From the NCBI GenBank assembly GCA_964106645.2, contig OZ067043.1: a DNA stretch of 64,000 nucleotides; one strand, given 5' to 3'. The DNA is from Podarcis pityusensis. Lineage: Eukaryota. How positions within the stretch are numbered: the first letter of the stretch is position 1; the number at the start of each line of letters is the position of its first letter. Made by a program: the position numbers and the translations under genes. The notes beneath the pieces are model-generated. The model made no database searches and had not been told where the DNA came from. It saw only the letters and a list, made by a program, of their open reading frames with translations. This document shows positions 1 through 12,430 of this stretch, one piece after another.

Positions 1-359
1 CCTAGCAACTAGTGCCTCTCAACTAATACTACAGGACTCAGGCAGCTGGTATGTCTTGAGCTGATGGCTAAAAGTACGGTAATTGATGTAGGAAAGAACC
101 AAACCTTTGTAAGGAGGAAATTCCACATTTGAGGTGCCATAACAACAAAAGCCCTTATCCATATCACTGTACCACAAACTATGGTAATTAATGAAACTAT
201 GAGCTGGACCCCTCCTGCACATCTTAAAGCATGCACTAGCTGTAATAAGGGAGGCAGTTTTTCAAATACTTGGGTGCTAGGCCATGTAGACCAATGAGGC
301 CCAGTAGCAGACAAGCAACCAGTGCAGACCCTTGAACCCACTTCTCAGCACTGGATAAA

Positions 360-700
360 AAACTAGTTGCCGCATTCTGCACCAGTTGCAGCTTCCAGAC
401 CATTTTAAGGGGAGCCCCATGTAGTGCACTACAACAGTCTTATTGCGAGGTTATGAGAGCATGCAACTGCAGCTAAGCGCTCTCTACCTGGGAAGTGAGG
501 CCACGGGCAGCAAATCAGCCAGGGCATAAGTGTTCCTTGCCATTGGAACCACTTCAGTTTCAACAGACAGTGGTGATACCAAGAACATCCCCAGACTATG
601 ATCCTACTTATTCAGAGGGAATGCAACTCCACCCAGGTCATCTATCTCTCCCAGTCCTGGGAACGACAGTGCTTCCATCTTATCAGGATTCAGCTTTAGT
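360..700 (-). mobile_element. Degraded L2 LINE fragment (RT C-terminal region)
   Basis: gttgccgcattctgcaccagttgcagcttccagacc is the antisense of the KLQLVQNAA motif seen intact in the L2 copies at 41.9 kb and 49.9 kb; boundaries approximate. Confidence 0.65.
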
Positions 701-1889
701 ATAAAGTTATGTTTATACTAACTTAATTTAAGCGTACGTTAAAGAAAAGCAAAAACTTGCAAAAGGTGTCACCGAAATAAAGGGCATTTGTCTTAGGAAA
801 TTAGAGTTGTGATAACCATCTTGATGCTGAACAGGTAATTCAAACTGCCAAGAGCTGCAATGAGATTGGTAAGATCACAGCCGGAGCTGGAGTCTTGTGT
901 TCTGTTCTGAACTCAACAGATCAATGAGCATGTAGATAGCTCGAATGGGTTCACAGGAGAGCTACAAAGACGGCAAAGAGTCCAGAAGGTAAATCTATGG
1001 GGAATGCTTAAAAGAACTATTATAACACTCATCTAGCATAGTGGCCTTCAAAACCAGGATCCACCTTTAATCCCATCCTACAACATGAACTGGTTTTAAT
1101 GATTTGCCATATGATTTGCATCTTAGTCCTCAGGCTGGAATGTGACCCAACAGCTGAGGACCAACAACCTACCAAACACAATAGGGAACTTTGAAATGGT
1201 TGCAGTGCAAAGACAGCCTGCCTTGTCAGATCACATATCCTCTGGCAACAATGCTTTAACCAGACAATAATTCTTTGGGGAGCCTTTTCCCCTTCCACAA
1301 TTCCTTTCTTAACCCTCAAATGTGTATCATAAGCGTATCTCATAAACGTGTGCTCGTTTGCGTATGCACAAGCAGATCGGCAAAATGCATCCAATAAAAC
1401 ATACGTTGGCACTACATTTGTACCACATCCAATTTCCTATGCACCTATCTGTCTTCGAAATACGAAGTATGCGCTGTACTTATGTCATTTATTGCTATTT
1501 GTTTTCTTTATATGACTTCTTTTCAAAGTGGTGGACTTATGGTATAGCTTTAGGGCATATGAGAGCACAGTTATGAGGAAAAGAAAGCAGCAAAGCTCAA
1601 CAGAAGGCAGCTCCACATCTTATCTGAATCATAGTTTATAATAATAATAATTGTGTGTGCTTTTTTAATGGCTTATTATTTCCTCTGCACGGAAAAAAGC
1701 AATGTGAATAGATGCATCAGGGGACAGGGGTTCTATGGCCTGAAATGTTATGTAGAATAGGGAATTCCAGTTGATGTACAATTTAATAAGGGGTCGACAC
1801 TTGTTGAAATTACTGCTTCTGCATGACTCTTAAGGTGCAGGAGTCCTGTTCTCATTTGTCTTTACCACCCAGAGAGTTAAAAACTTAAG

Positions 1890-2310
1890 TACATAAGAAA
1901 AGCCACTTTGGAACAGGTCAGTGGCCCATCTAGTCCAGCATCATGTTCTCACTATGGCCAATCAGATGTCTATGATGCACATAAAAGCAGGAGCTGAGCA
2001 TAACAGCATTCTCCCCTCCTGAGGTTCCCAGCAACTCATATCCAGGAGCTTGCTGTCTCTGACAGTGGAGGCAGAACATGGCCATCATGGTTAGTAGACA
2101 CTAGTAGCCTTGTCCTCCATGAATTTGTTTAATCCTCTTTCAAAGACATCCAAGCTGGTGGCCATTGCTGCCTCGTGTGGAGCTGAATTCTACACTTTCA
2201 CCAAGCTCTGTGTGAAGAACTTCCTTTTGCCCATTCTGACCTCCAACCTTTAGCTTTGTCAGATGTCCCTAAGCACTAGTGTTACAAGAAAAATGTTTCT
2301 CTGTCTACTT
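1890..2310 (-). mobile_element. CR1 LINE 3' fragment
   Basis: acataagaaaagcc...ggcccatctagtccagcatc...ccatgaatttgtttaatcctctttt...tgtgtgaagaac matches the antisense of a squamate CR1 ORF2 end and 3' UTR. Confidence 0.75.
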
Positions 2311-2417
2311 ACCTTCTCTTCCTTCAAAACAGGCCTGTGAAATGTGCATCTCCTGAAGCTGAACACAACCTGCCAGCCATTTCTCTATGCCCACCCTCCC
2401 TGCTTCACTGTCAGACG

Positions 2418-2825
2418 CACAGCACCTCTGAGTATCAGTTGCCAGGGAACCTAAGTGGAAGTGGGGTGTTGTGTTTATGTCCACCTATGAAGTAGGGTGA
2501 TATGGGTGACTTGAGCAGCAGAAGTCCAAGATGCTGTACCTCCTGCAAGTGCCCTCCTTGCCCCCCAGAGAAGCAGCACTGGCAGTGGTGGAGTGCACAA
2601 GATTTCATGAGATTTTGGCATGATCTCATGAGGTCTCACCAGAAGCTGGTGTCAGTACTTCATGGGTGCTGCTTCACAACACAAGGGAGGCTGGTGGGGC
2701 AGCACATTCCAATTCTGCCTCAAGTGGTGAGACAGAATGCACTGCCCATGGGTTTCCCATGGTGTATGGTTGGCCACTATGAGAACAGAATGCTGGACTA
2801 GATAAGCCATCATTGGTTGGATCAA
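2418..2825 (+). mobile_element. CR1 3' UTR fragment interrupted by a ~255 bp insertion (about 2490-2744, probable old MITE)
   Basis: cctctgagtatcagttgccaggga...cctatg / cccatgggtttcccatgg...ggttggccactatgagaacagaatgctggactagat; same family as 1890-2310 in opposite orientation. Confidence 0.6.
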
Positions 2826-3105
2826 AACTGAGGAGGGGTGCTGGGCTCACCTCAATTTATTCCTCAGGGGGTGGACCCAAGCAAGGCCCATTGGTTGGTT
2901 GGGCCCGCTCCCAGACCTGCCTGGCATAGGCCAATCTGCAGACAAGCCTGCAGTCTTCCCCAGCCAGCTGTCAGATCGCTGACCAGGCCGCAATGCCACC
3001 TGACCTTTTAAGGTAAGTGGACTTATGTTCTCATGTGCATGGAAGCATGGCATTTGTCCGGCTTGAGGTACCTGTGCTTTTTGAAATTGTATGTTGCTTT
3101 GAGTA

Positions 3106-3336
3106 CAGTGGTACCTCTGGTTGCAAACGGGATCTGTTCCGGAGGCCCATTCGCAACCTGAAAGGAACGCAACCCACGATTTGCCACTTCTGCGCATGTG
3201 TGTGACATCATTTTGCATGTCTGTGCATGTCCGAGCAGCGAAACCCAGAAGTAACCCTTTCCGGTACTTCCAGGTCACCATGGGACGCAACCTGAAAACG
3301 CTCAACCTGAAGCAAACGTAACATGAGGTATGACTG
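3106..3336. mobile_element. Tigger/pogo-like (Tc1/mariner) MITE
   Basis: TIRs cagtggtacctc...gaggtatgactg flanked by TA at 3104-3105 and 3337-3338. Confidence 0.85.
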
Positions 3337-4844
3337 TACTTTTATTAATTATAAACAAACTACACAAATGTTTAAAACTATCCCATTTGCCCCATGTATA
3401 CAATGTATTATAACTGTAGAAATTGCCTGCAAATCCTGCATACTATTCATCTTAAATTAATTCCATTGTCTTCAGCCGAACTGCATGCAGGACTCTAGTC
3501 TGGTTCAGCTCGACATTTCATATCTCTTGGGGAATTTTCCGGGAATTTTGCCAGCCTAGGGTCATTCCCTGCATTGGTATAGCCTGGGAGATTTAAAAAT
3601 AAATAAATAAATCAGACCTATAAGATATTTATATTATGTCACACGAAACCTGCACATCAAACTGCACCTCTACCAGTAGTGACAATCCAACATTGTATGG
3701 ATAGGTATATATCTTAATTCCAAGTTGGCTGGTATACATCTGTTTAAAAAGTGAGAAGATGGGTTTTTTACATCTAAAAAGTGAGGTGCCAATGTACCCC
3801 TGCCGCTGCTGCCCACACAAAATAAGCCTAGCCTATTTGGTCTTAATCAAATAAATAATAATAACAATTAAATCACTAAGTATGCTGAGAATTCATTGTG
3901 CATGTGGGACTCCAACCTCCTGATTCCACAGCACTCGAGGGGTAAAAACCTTCATAAATCTCTCATGGTTCAAAAGGCATCCATCATTGCCTTTTGCCCC
4001 ATACAAGGGATGATAAATAACATGCATTCTCAATGCAACCCCATTATGTATTCCAAGCTAGGTGAACTATGAGATAAGACATTTATCCTTCTCGTGAGGA
4101 TATCTGTTCATATTTTTGCACTGCATGGAGGGAACGTTCAGAGCTGAATGACGACTGATGATGATTAATGTATTATTCTACAGAGCAATATGGTTTCCTT
4201 TGCACTGCATTGTTACAAGCAAAATGTGATCAAGTGGCAATAGCAGAATACTAAAAAACTAAAAAAAGTACCCTTACATACAAAAATTAAGTTATTGTCC
4301 ACAAACACAACTGTACCACAGTTTATAAATATTGGTTTTGTCAATCTGTTGGCCAATAATTTGGTTGTATGTGTAGATAACTGAGTAACAAGAAGCACAA
4401 CTTAAAGAGAACTTAAATAGAATGTGGAAAGTGAAATACTCATTTGAATGACATTTTCTCCAAGCAATTAATAATGTTATGGGCGAGCTAGGACCATCTA
4501 AGTTTGAGCCAGAAACCTCATTTTGTGTTTTGTTTCATGAGTGCTGAAAAGCTGTTTCTGGTGATTTTTAGGATTTGTTGCAAACACATTCACAATGTTT
4601 CAGTGATATTTTTGGCTCTATTCTCCTTTGCCCCCTTCTTTTTTTGGTCTTCATGTCCTCTGCCTAATTTAACCACAGTGCCATTTAGTCCTATTGGATG
4701 TGGAAGCCCACATGATTTTGTTGATGATCTCATCCTGCTATGCCGGACATGACTCATAAATGGAATCCCCAAAGCCAACAGGATGAAATGGCAGTGAGCG
4801 TGAATGAGGCTGAATACAATGAGGATGAAGATGTGGGTGATGGT

Positions 4845-4907
4845 GAAGAAGAAGAAGAAGAAGAAGAAGAAGAAGAAGAAGAAGAAGAAGAAGAAGAAGA
4901 AGAAGAA
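4845..4907 (+). repeat. (GAA)n microsatellite
   Basis: about 21 perfect GAA units. Confidence 0.98.
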
Positions 4908-6850
4908 ACAGAGAGCAGTCAGAGAAAATGAAAACAAATAGCTTTGAAACATTATAAATGCTTGGCATTATCACAGTGTTTTCAGAAAGTTTGTTTAGCT
5001 GCATAGAATAGACATTGAGATTCCTAAAATGAATAAATTTCCCTTAGAGTTCTAAAAAGTTCAGGAAGGAAATGTCCATAGTGGTGTAATTTGAGATAAT
5101 CAAGCCATGTGAACAAGAGTCTGGTCCTTCCTCAAGGGTGGTTGTGAGAGTGTCCTCCAGATGTGGTGGACTACCATAATCTCTGACCATTGATAGCATG
5201 TTGGCTCTCCTGCTCTACCACGTTAACTTCAATACTGCCAAATGCTCATTGTGTATGTGCATCCAACATTGTCTTTGGCGCTGATTAACATTTTTCAACA
5301 CTGATGTGCTCCATGTGCATACCAGAGCCTTGCTAGTCTTTAGACCATTGCCATTGCCATTGTCTTTTGTCTTGTGTTAGCTTGGGCCACAGTGTCCCAA
5401 AATTCTCATTCCTGAATTTCATTTTTCCACCCTGAATATCACTTAACCACAAAGGTTAAGGTTTTTTTGTTTTTGTTTTGAGTGGGTAAAAGCAGGAACC
5501 CTAAATGCACAGCTGCAGGGGGAATATGGCAAACAAACATGTTAGTTTTAGGGATCATGGTCTAGGATAGCACAATCTTTTCCCCCCTTCATGAATTCAC
5601 AGAAGTTGTGGGTTCATTATTTGCACATCCCTTTTATTAGGAATAACTGAATCATCCACGGTTGTGCCATTATTTCTCACCCTCGGTGGAAGTTGGCTAT
5701 AAGGAGGAAAAGCCACAGCAGAAAATCATTCAGAGTTGCAGCAGGTATACTCTTCTGCAGGCAGGTTCTACAGATGTTCTTGGAAGCATTTAATGATTTA
5801 ATAAATTTACTCCTCAGAGTTTGGGAATTATTGAGTCATGTATTTAAATTTGTTTACTTTTAAAACCTAACCTTCTGCCCCATTGTTCCCTCTGTCTGGA
5901 ATGGTTGTCTTCATCCGTCCACTTTTCCTTCCATCCCCTCTCATAAACTTAATAAAATCACATTTATGTCCAAAGCTTTGGTCTGGTGTGACTCCCATTC
6001 GCTCCATGGGCTCATGCACAGACAAGTCTTCCTGCGCCAATATATTCTCAGAGCTTTGCATCTTCCTCTTTTTGTCCATGAATTTCTCAGCAAGGGACAC
6101 GTAAGCCCAAACTCTCTCCAGAGGGATGAAAGGTTCTCCATTCCATTCTCGTTTAAGCTCTAAACTCCGCAGGACTTGGCTCATGTCAATTCAAGTCAGC
6201 TTCTTCAGCGAGCCTGTTCAGTGCAGTCTCACTGCTGTCCACGGAACTGCCAAGGTACAGTATATGGAATCAGTTCCAAAACAGGGCTCAGGGGACTTGT
6301 GAGAACTCTGTATTTCAAAGACAGAATTCTGGACACTGAACAGACATGGGATGGAGTGAATACTTGAGGAGGGAAAATGAGAACTCCACGGCTTTGACTC
6401 TGAAAATATTAATTTCAAAAGGGAAGAATCTCATGCTTGAATGTACTTTCACATAGCATGAAATCCTCCAACATGGAGGAAGTCAGCTGAAGCTGTGGGC
6501 CAAGTCAATTGGTCACCCTGGAGGGCTGTGCTCAGCAGATTCATAGAAGGTTCAGCAAAACTTATCCTCAACTTCTCAGCCCATATTCCCAGTACACAGC
6601 AATTTGCTTTAGGAGCGTGGCCATGAAGCAAGGTGGCAATGAGATCAAAAGGTGCACGGCAAAGTTTGTCTCTGAAGAACTAGGCGCAAATTCACTAACC
6701 TTGACTTGGTTGGGATGTTTATCTATTTAGTGTAAATTCTATTTCCACAGAAGCAAAGGAGGAAGTAGAGTGGCCACTTATTCATCATCCCCCACAAAAG
6801 AGGGCACAAAATCTACATATATTTTAAATATTTTGTGCAAATGTAAAAAT

Positions 6851-6969
6851 GGTTTGCAGCCAACCAAGCTGTACTCAGAGTAGACCCAATGAATTAATGG
6901 GCTTAAATTAGTCATGCACATTAATTTCAATGTGTCTACTCTGAGTTGGACTAGCATTGGATACAACCC
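6851..6969. mobile_element. Short palindromic MITE (gggttgtatccaa-type termini)
   Basis: Imperfect inverted arms actcagagtagac...gtctactctgagt; related copies at about 12633-12745 and 29853-29976. Confidence 0.65.
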
Positions 6970-9021
6970 AATTACTGTAATTTAAATAGAAGCGCAAGGT
7001 GTGGGAAGACCTTGAGGAGGGGATATGTGTCTGCTGACCAGGTGCAAACTGTGGATGGGGAATCTTCAAAGCCCCTGTTGTTTTCCCTTATTAGGGTTTC
7101 TTATCTTTAAATTGAACATGAACTGCCCAGCCTTTCAGACTGAGAAAGTAGGATATACATTCACCTGAGACCAGCTGTAACATGAGGAGGGTAGTTTAGA
7201 AGTGGCCCTCCTCACATTTCCATCCAAGTGTAGTTTTCTCTCTCCATCACACTGAAAGACTACTTCCGTTAACTTCTGGTAAATCTGAACCAGGGAAAAT
7301 CAGGCTGTGGGAGGCACCAAAGAGATTGTGTGTGTGTGTGTCCCCAATACACTTCCAGCCCCTCAAGCCTCTGGAGCAATTTTGCAATTAACATACAACG
7401 AACGAATGAACACATACATGTCCATGTGCCACTTGAAAAAGAAAGAAGGGAAAGATGCGTAGTCTATCTGATGCAATGCAAAGGTAGGCAAGGCCGACAA
7501 CTGAACCAGCGTTCAATTTGCTGGTGTGTATACCTGTCACTCAGATTGCACAGCCGGGCTCACATGGTGCATGAAGAACCAACTGTCGCTGCTTTTCAAA
7601 TGCCATGTCTGTCTTCATCCACAATGCACTTGCTTTGTTTTCAACTCTTTCCCTTCCCTTCCCACCACTATTTTGAGTTCCTTGGAATGGAAGAACCAGA
7701 GCCGTCTTTCCTATTGGGCTTACTGGCATGTTGCACCAGGGTGCTGGCCTCTCAGGGGCGCCCCAGCAAGTGGGGGAGCTGCATGACTTTGCCGGTGGCC
7801 TCCCCTTTCCCTGCATGCCCACCAGCTGTGCCCCGTCAACCATATGGCTGGCGGGGGTGCAGCTTCCTACCCAAGCCTCCGTGGGAGGAGAGCGATCCCT
7901 GCAGAAGCTTGGGGAAAGGTCAACAACTCTGGGAAAGGGGGGGACACTGGAGGGATCTTTGAACCATGGCACTGGATATGCTTAAGCCCTGGGAAGAACA
8001 CAGGAAGTCAGGCCATGGGCCGCTTAGTTCAGTACTGTCCACACAGGCTGGCAGCAGCTCTCCAGGGTTTCAGGCAGGAGATATTCCTAGCTGTACCTGG
8101 AAAATTGAGCTATGGTGCTTCCTCTGACTATTCCACCATCTCCTAAATCCTAAGGCTTTGATCCTCAGATGAGCCACACTTCTATTGTGTGAAACAGAAC
8201 TGTAGATCAGTGGCTACAGAGATCCCTTCTCTTCCCAGACCAACATAGTATTTATTGATAGCAAACATAGGAATTGCTTTGCTGGATCAGGTCAAATTTT
8301 GTCTAGGCAAGTATTTTCCAGAAGCCAGCTTATGTCAAAAGAGAAGCTTATGATGCTGATTATTTGACAAGTATTCTCAGCTGATCTTACAAATTGGCCC
8401 TTAGATTTATTGAGCAGAGGTGAATAGAGCATAGAATAACACTACCAAAAGCCGAAAACTGGCATAAGGCAACATCACACACACACACATCTATTAGGTT
8501 AGCACCAAACCTTATGATTGCCCCAGTGCAAATGTTTAGGACTGGGGTGTATTGCTTTCTTTCTCCATCCTTTTCTTCCTTAAACAAAGAACTGCCATTC
8601 AATTAAATGCACAGTAATTACCATGTGGGAAAGCTTTATACTTTATGTTCAAATGCGCTATCTTGATGAATGATGCCATTAAGATCCAGCATCCCTTGCA
8701 TCAGCTTCCTTTCCAACACTGCCCCTAAAAGTCTAACAAATTTACTCAAATGCTAATAAGCAAAACCACACTGTTTATAGGGGTGGGAAGGCAGGGTGAA
8801 GGAGTGGAGTCAAGGGTTTAATACATTGTTTTAATTCATTTAAGAGTTACTAGTAACCTCTCTGTCCTTTGGTTTGAACTTCAGCTAAAGGACATTGCAG
8901 TATTGCAGCTTATGCACAACAGCTAACACAAGCCTATGCCTATCAATTGCAGTCTTAAAGGAAGGGCCAATAGACCATTAATACAATATTTTCAGCAATA
9001 TTCCTAACATTTAAGGCTTGT

Positions 9022-9229
9022 CAAAATAAATAAAAAATTGTCCAGTAGCATCTTAGAGACCAACTAAGTTTGTTCTGGGTATAAGCTTTCGTGTGCATGC
9101 ACACTTCTTCAGATACCCAGATGCACACGAAAGCTTATACCCAGAACAAACTTAGTTGGTCTCTAAGGTGCTACTGGACAATTTTTTATTTATTTTGACT
9201 GTGTCAGACCAACACGGCTACCTACCTGA
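9022..9229. mobile_element. Penelope-like element (PLE) pseudo-LTR remnant with inverted duplication
   Basis: 79-bp inverted arms 9020-9098 / 9121-9199 (1 mismatch); 13-bp direct repeat atttaaggcttgt at 9009-9021 and 9230-9242; 3' end gaccaacacggctacctacctg. Confidence 0.8.
9075..9120 (-). ncRNA. Minimal type I hammerhead ribozyme (PLE-associated)
   Basis: Minus strand reads ctgggta-t-CTGAAGA-a-gtgtg-catg-cacac-GAAA-gc-TTA-tacccag: core boxes CUGANGA and GAAA, stem I ctgggta/tacccag, stem II gtgtg/cacac, palindromic minimal stem III (AAGCTT), UH cleavage site. Confidence 0.78.
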
Positions 9230-9329
9230 ATTTAAGGCTTGTGTTTGCCAATATCAAAATTTAAAAATGAATTTATTTGTGGTGTGGGAAAGTGGATCAA
9301 AGTTTTTCTCCTTCATAATGCTCGGATAC

Positions 9330-9485
9330 AGGGTCATCTAATGAGGCTGAATATTGGAAGATTTCGGACAGACAAAAGGAAATAACTTGTTCACGCAACG
9401 CTGTGAAATGCACGCCAATTGGGCGATTGTTATGGCCACCAATTTGAATGGCTTGAAAAGGCTTTTAGGCAAATTCATGGAGGCT
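9330..9485 (+). mobile_element. CR1 LINE fragment
   Basis: agatttcggacagacaaaagg...ttcacgcaacg...atggccaccaatttgaatggcttgaaaagg...caaattcatggagg. Confidence 0.6.
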
Positions 9486-9693
9486 ATGTTAGTATGCAGA
9501 CCCAAAACTACTAATTTTGTTTAATGCTGAAGTTCATATTTTGAAGAAGAAGAAAAATGCCCCATTTTTGTCTTTTGGACACTTGTAGCAAAGTTGTGTT
9601 TTTTTTTAATGCATATCTCATTTTTAAATTCTGCTTATACACAAGGCGACTAACAACATAAAATTGCCATGAAACATTAAAAATGAAAGCAGG

Positions 9694-9725
9694 GTTTGTT
9701 TGTTTGTTTGTTTGTTTGTTTGTTT
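9694..9725 (+). repeat. (TTTG)n microsatellite
   Basis: direct observation. Confidence 0.9.
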
Positions 9726-10264
9726 TAAAAAAATAACAGCAATTAGAATTGACAATGAGTAATGGCAAGAGTAAGAGCAGCCATTGCATTGCATTAAATT
9801 AAATTGAAAGCAGGGAGCATATTCAGACTCCTCAGGGATGGGGCCTAGAAAATGGATAGGGGAAGGGTCATTCACAGACAAGATGGACCAGCTGAAAAGG
9901 CCCTGATCCCCCACACCTTTTAAAGTAGGGTTGTAATTCTTTCTTGACTGCATTGTTGTTTGATCTTTCGTAAACTGTATTGAGGTGTTGCTGTTTTTTA
10001 AAACAATAATCATATAAATTTTATGAAGATAAAGAAATAAATATAAGGGCAATCTGAGGACGGCCTCTGAAGAGGGTCTTCGTTGTCAGGCAGGTTTGTA
10101 TAGCCAAGGCTTATTTTGTGACAGGACTCATTGGTACAGAATACTGGCACCTCTTTTTTATGCTATCCATGGCAGTCGTTTAATCCTGGCACCCACATAA
10201 TATATCACTTTATGAGTACTGGCACCTCATTATTTAATAAATAAATAAATAAATCACAGTGCGT

Positions 10265-10745
10265 AGTTATCCTGGTCCAAGCCATTTAGGTTCTTAAAGG
10301 TTGAAGCCAACACTTTTCTACTGAGCTCAGAAACAGACTGGCAACTAGTGTTGTTGTTTTTTCCAAACTGGAAAGGCATATACCTCCTGATTCTTGAGCC
10401 AGGTAACAATCTGGCTGCAGCTCTGCAGCAGTTATAGTTACTAGATAGTCTTCAAAGGGTGGCCCATGAACTGCATGTTGTGGTTGCCTGGTCTAAATGT
10501 TATCAGGGCATAGGTAACGGTGGCCTGGGCCAACTTTTTCTAAGGTATGTCAGCAGCTGGACAAACAGCTGGAACCAATTAAGCGGTGTGGCTCACAGAG
10601 GATATATGAGCATCTATCCACAAGGCCAGATCCAACAGCATTCTCAAACAGCAAACCTGGTTGTTTACACAGGTGGGGAACTCTATCCTGAACAGGTCAA
10701 ATCCATGACAGTCCAAGCTTCTGGGTCCCCAAAATGTAGGTCCAC
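10265..10745 (-). mobile_element. Highly degraded L2 fragment
   Basis: cctggtccaagccatttagg...aaggttgaagccaacacttt...ctggctgcagctctgcagcagtt resembles the antisense L2 RT end. Confidence 0.5.
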
Positions 10746-11859
10746 TACTGAGTAAACATGATTAGGACTGAACTGTAAATTCATAGTAAGGTCCTAAGAA
10801 ACCTTCACCTGGTGTGTGTGTGTGGTGTTTTTCTTCAAAAGCTCAGACATTGTTTTCGTTAAGAGTTATGAGAAGCCAGAAGTTTGAAAGACTCATGTCA
10901 AACCAAGCCAATGGTTTGGCTGTATTTCTTAAGCCAAATCCAAGCATTTTGGAACTGAATATATATACACATATACACACATGATAAAGCTGTTTAAAGA
11001 AATGATATACATAGTGTCACTAGACCACCAGGAATTAATGCCAGAATATTTTCCTTGGCTTCAACCTTCTCTGGCTCATCCTCACTCATAGACACAGAGC
11101 TGAACCAGTTTTGAGAATTCTCCAAGTGTCTGGCTTTACTTACATTAGCATGTACATCTCTTGAGGGCAGCCACAACATATCCACCCAAGTCATTCTTTG
11201 AAACACAAAGGTAACTAAGGGCCTCAAATATCCCTCTCCTATGACCAAGAAGGATGGTTTCATTATGTGTTCCTTGTTTGACTTCATCATGAGGCATGCA
11301 CTGTATCCTTAGGGGTGCCGACCTTTTGGTTCTGTAGGGGGGAAAGTTCTCAGTAGTTTTTTGTTTAATGGAATTGGGAGCAGTCCATGTCGTAAGGCAA
11401 GTTTGTATAATTATTTTTTCATATCCTGACTTATTTTACAGAGCAGCACGGTGATTCAATGCACTGCTTCTATGTGAGTAGGTCTCCCATTAATAATAAG
11501 TGAAAGAATAATATTAGCCAATGGATTTTGAGCGTGAGCCAGTCAAAGTTAAGCGCTTCTAAGTCCCATTGATTTCCGTGGAAGAGTCAGGCAGTCAAGT
11601 TTTGGCTAGATTACAACCTTTCTTTTCACTTCATTATATTACATAATATTCTTATACAGGCACTCAGCTCATATAATATTAACCCTACCGTGCAAGCTGC
11701 ATCTTCCCATTGCTGTTAGCATAACAATTGTTTATGGTGATTTGCCTACGTGAGTACAGTAAAAGTAAATGCACAAGGCCCTATCAAAAAGGTGTTCAGA
11801 TATCCCAGTGGGGAGAGATGCAACAGTACTATTTTCAATGTGTTTTACAAGAAGGGTTA

Positions 11860-12430
11860 ACATGAAATGCAAGTGGGATGCAGCAGCAAAAATTAAAAAA
11901 AGTAATACTATTGTAGGCTATAGTGACCGGGTCAATGGAAGTAATAGTACAACTCTAGTCTAAATTTGGTCAGACCACACTTGGAATACTGTGTCTAGTT
12001 TTGGGCACGACAATTTAAGAAAGATATTGACAAGTTGGAATGCGTGCCGAGGAGGGCAACCAAGATGATCAAGGGTTTGGAAACCAAGCCTTATGAAGAA
12101 CAGTTGAGGTGAGTGGGGGTATGTTTAGCCTGGAAAAAAGGAGACTGAAAGGAGATATGATAGCCATCTTCAGGGCTGTCACATGGAAGATGGAGCAAGC
12201 TTGTATTCTCCTGGTCTGGAGGGTAGGACTCAAACCAATGGATTCAAGTTACAATAAAGGAGATTATGAATAAACACCAAGAAGAACTTTCTGAGAGTAA
12301 GAGTTGTTCAATGGTGGACTCCTTGGAGGTTGGATAGCCATCTGTCATGGATGCTTTAGTTGAGATTCCTGCATTGCAGGAGTTTGGACCAGATGAACAT
12401 TGGGGTCCTTTTCAACTCTACAATTCTATG
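11860..12430 (+). mobile_element. CR1 LINE 3' fragment (degenerate ORF2 end and tail)
   Basis: ttggtcagaccacacttggaatactgtgtc (LVRPHLEYCV motif), gagggcaaccaagatgatcaaggg, tail caactctacaattctatg. Confidence 0.9.

Noticed and set aside
4740-4931. Acidic poly-Glu ORF (63 aa)
   Set aside because: Largely generated by the (GAA)n microsatellite; in-frame stop just upstream and no recognisable homology
5867-6184. 105-aa minus-strand ORF
   Set aside because: No recognisable domain and a stop three codons upstream; length expected by chance
7330-7962. Longest ORF in the window (210 aa)
   Set aside because: Non-ATG start in a (GT)n run, runs through GC-rich MITE-like sequence, no protein-like motifs
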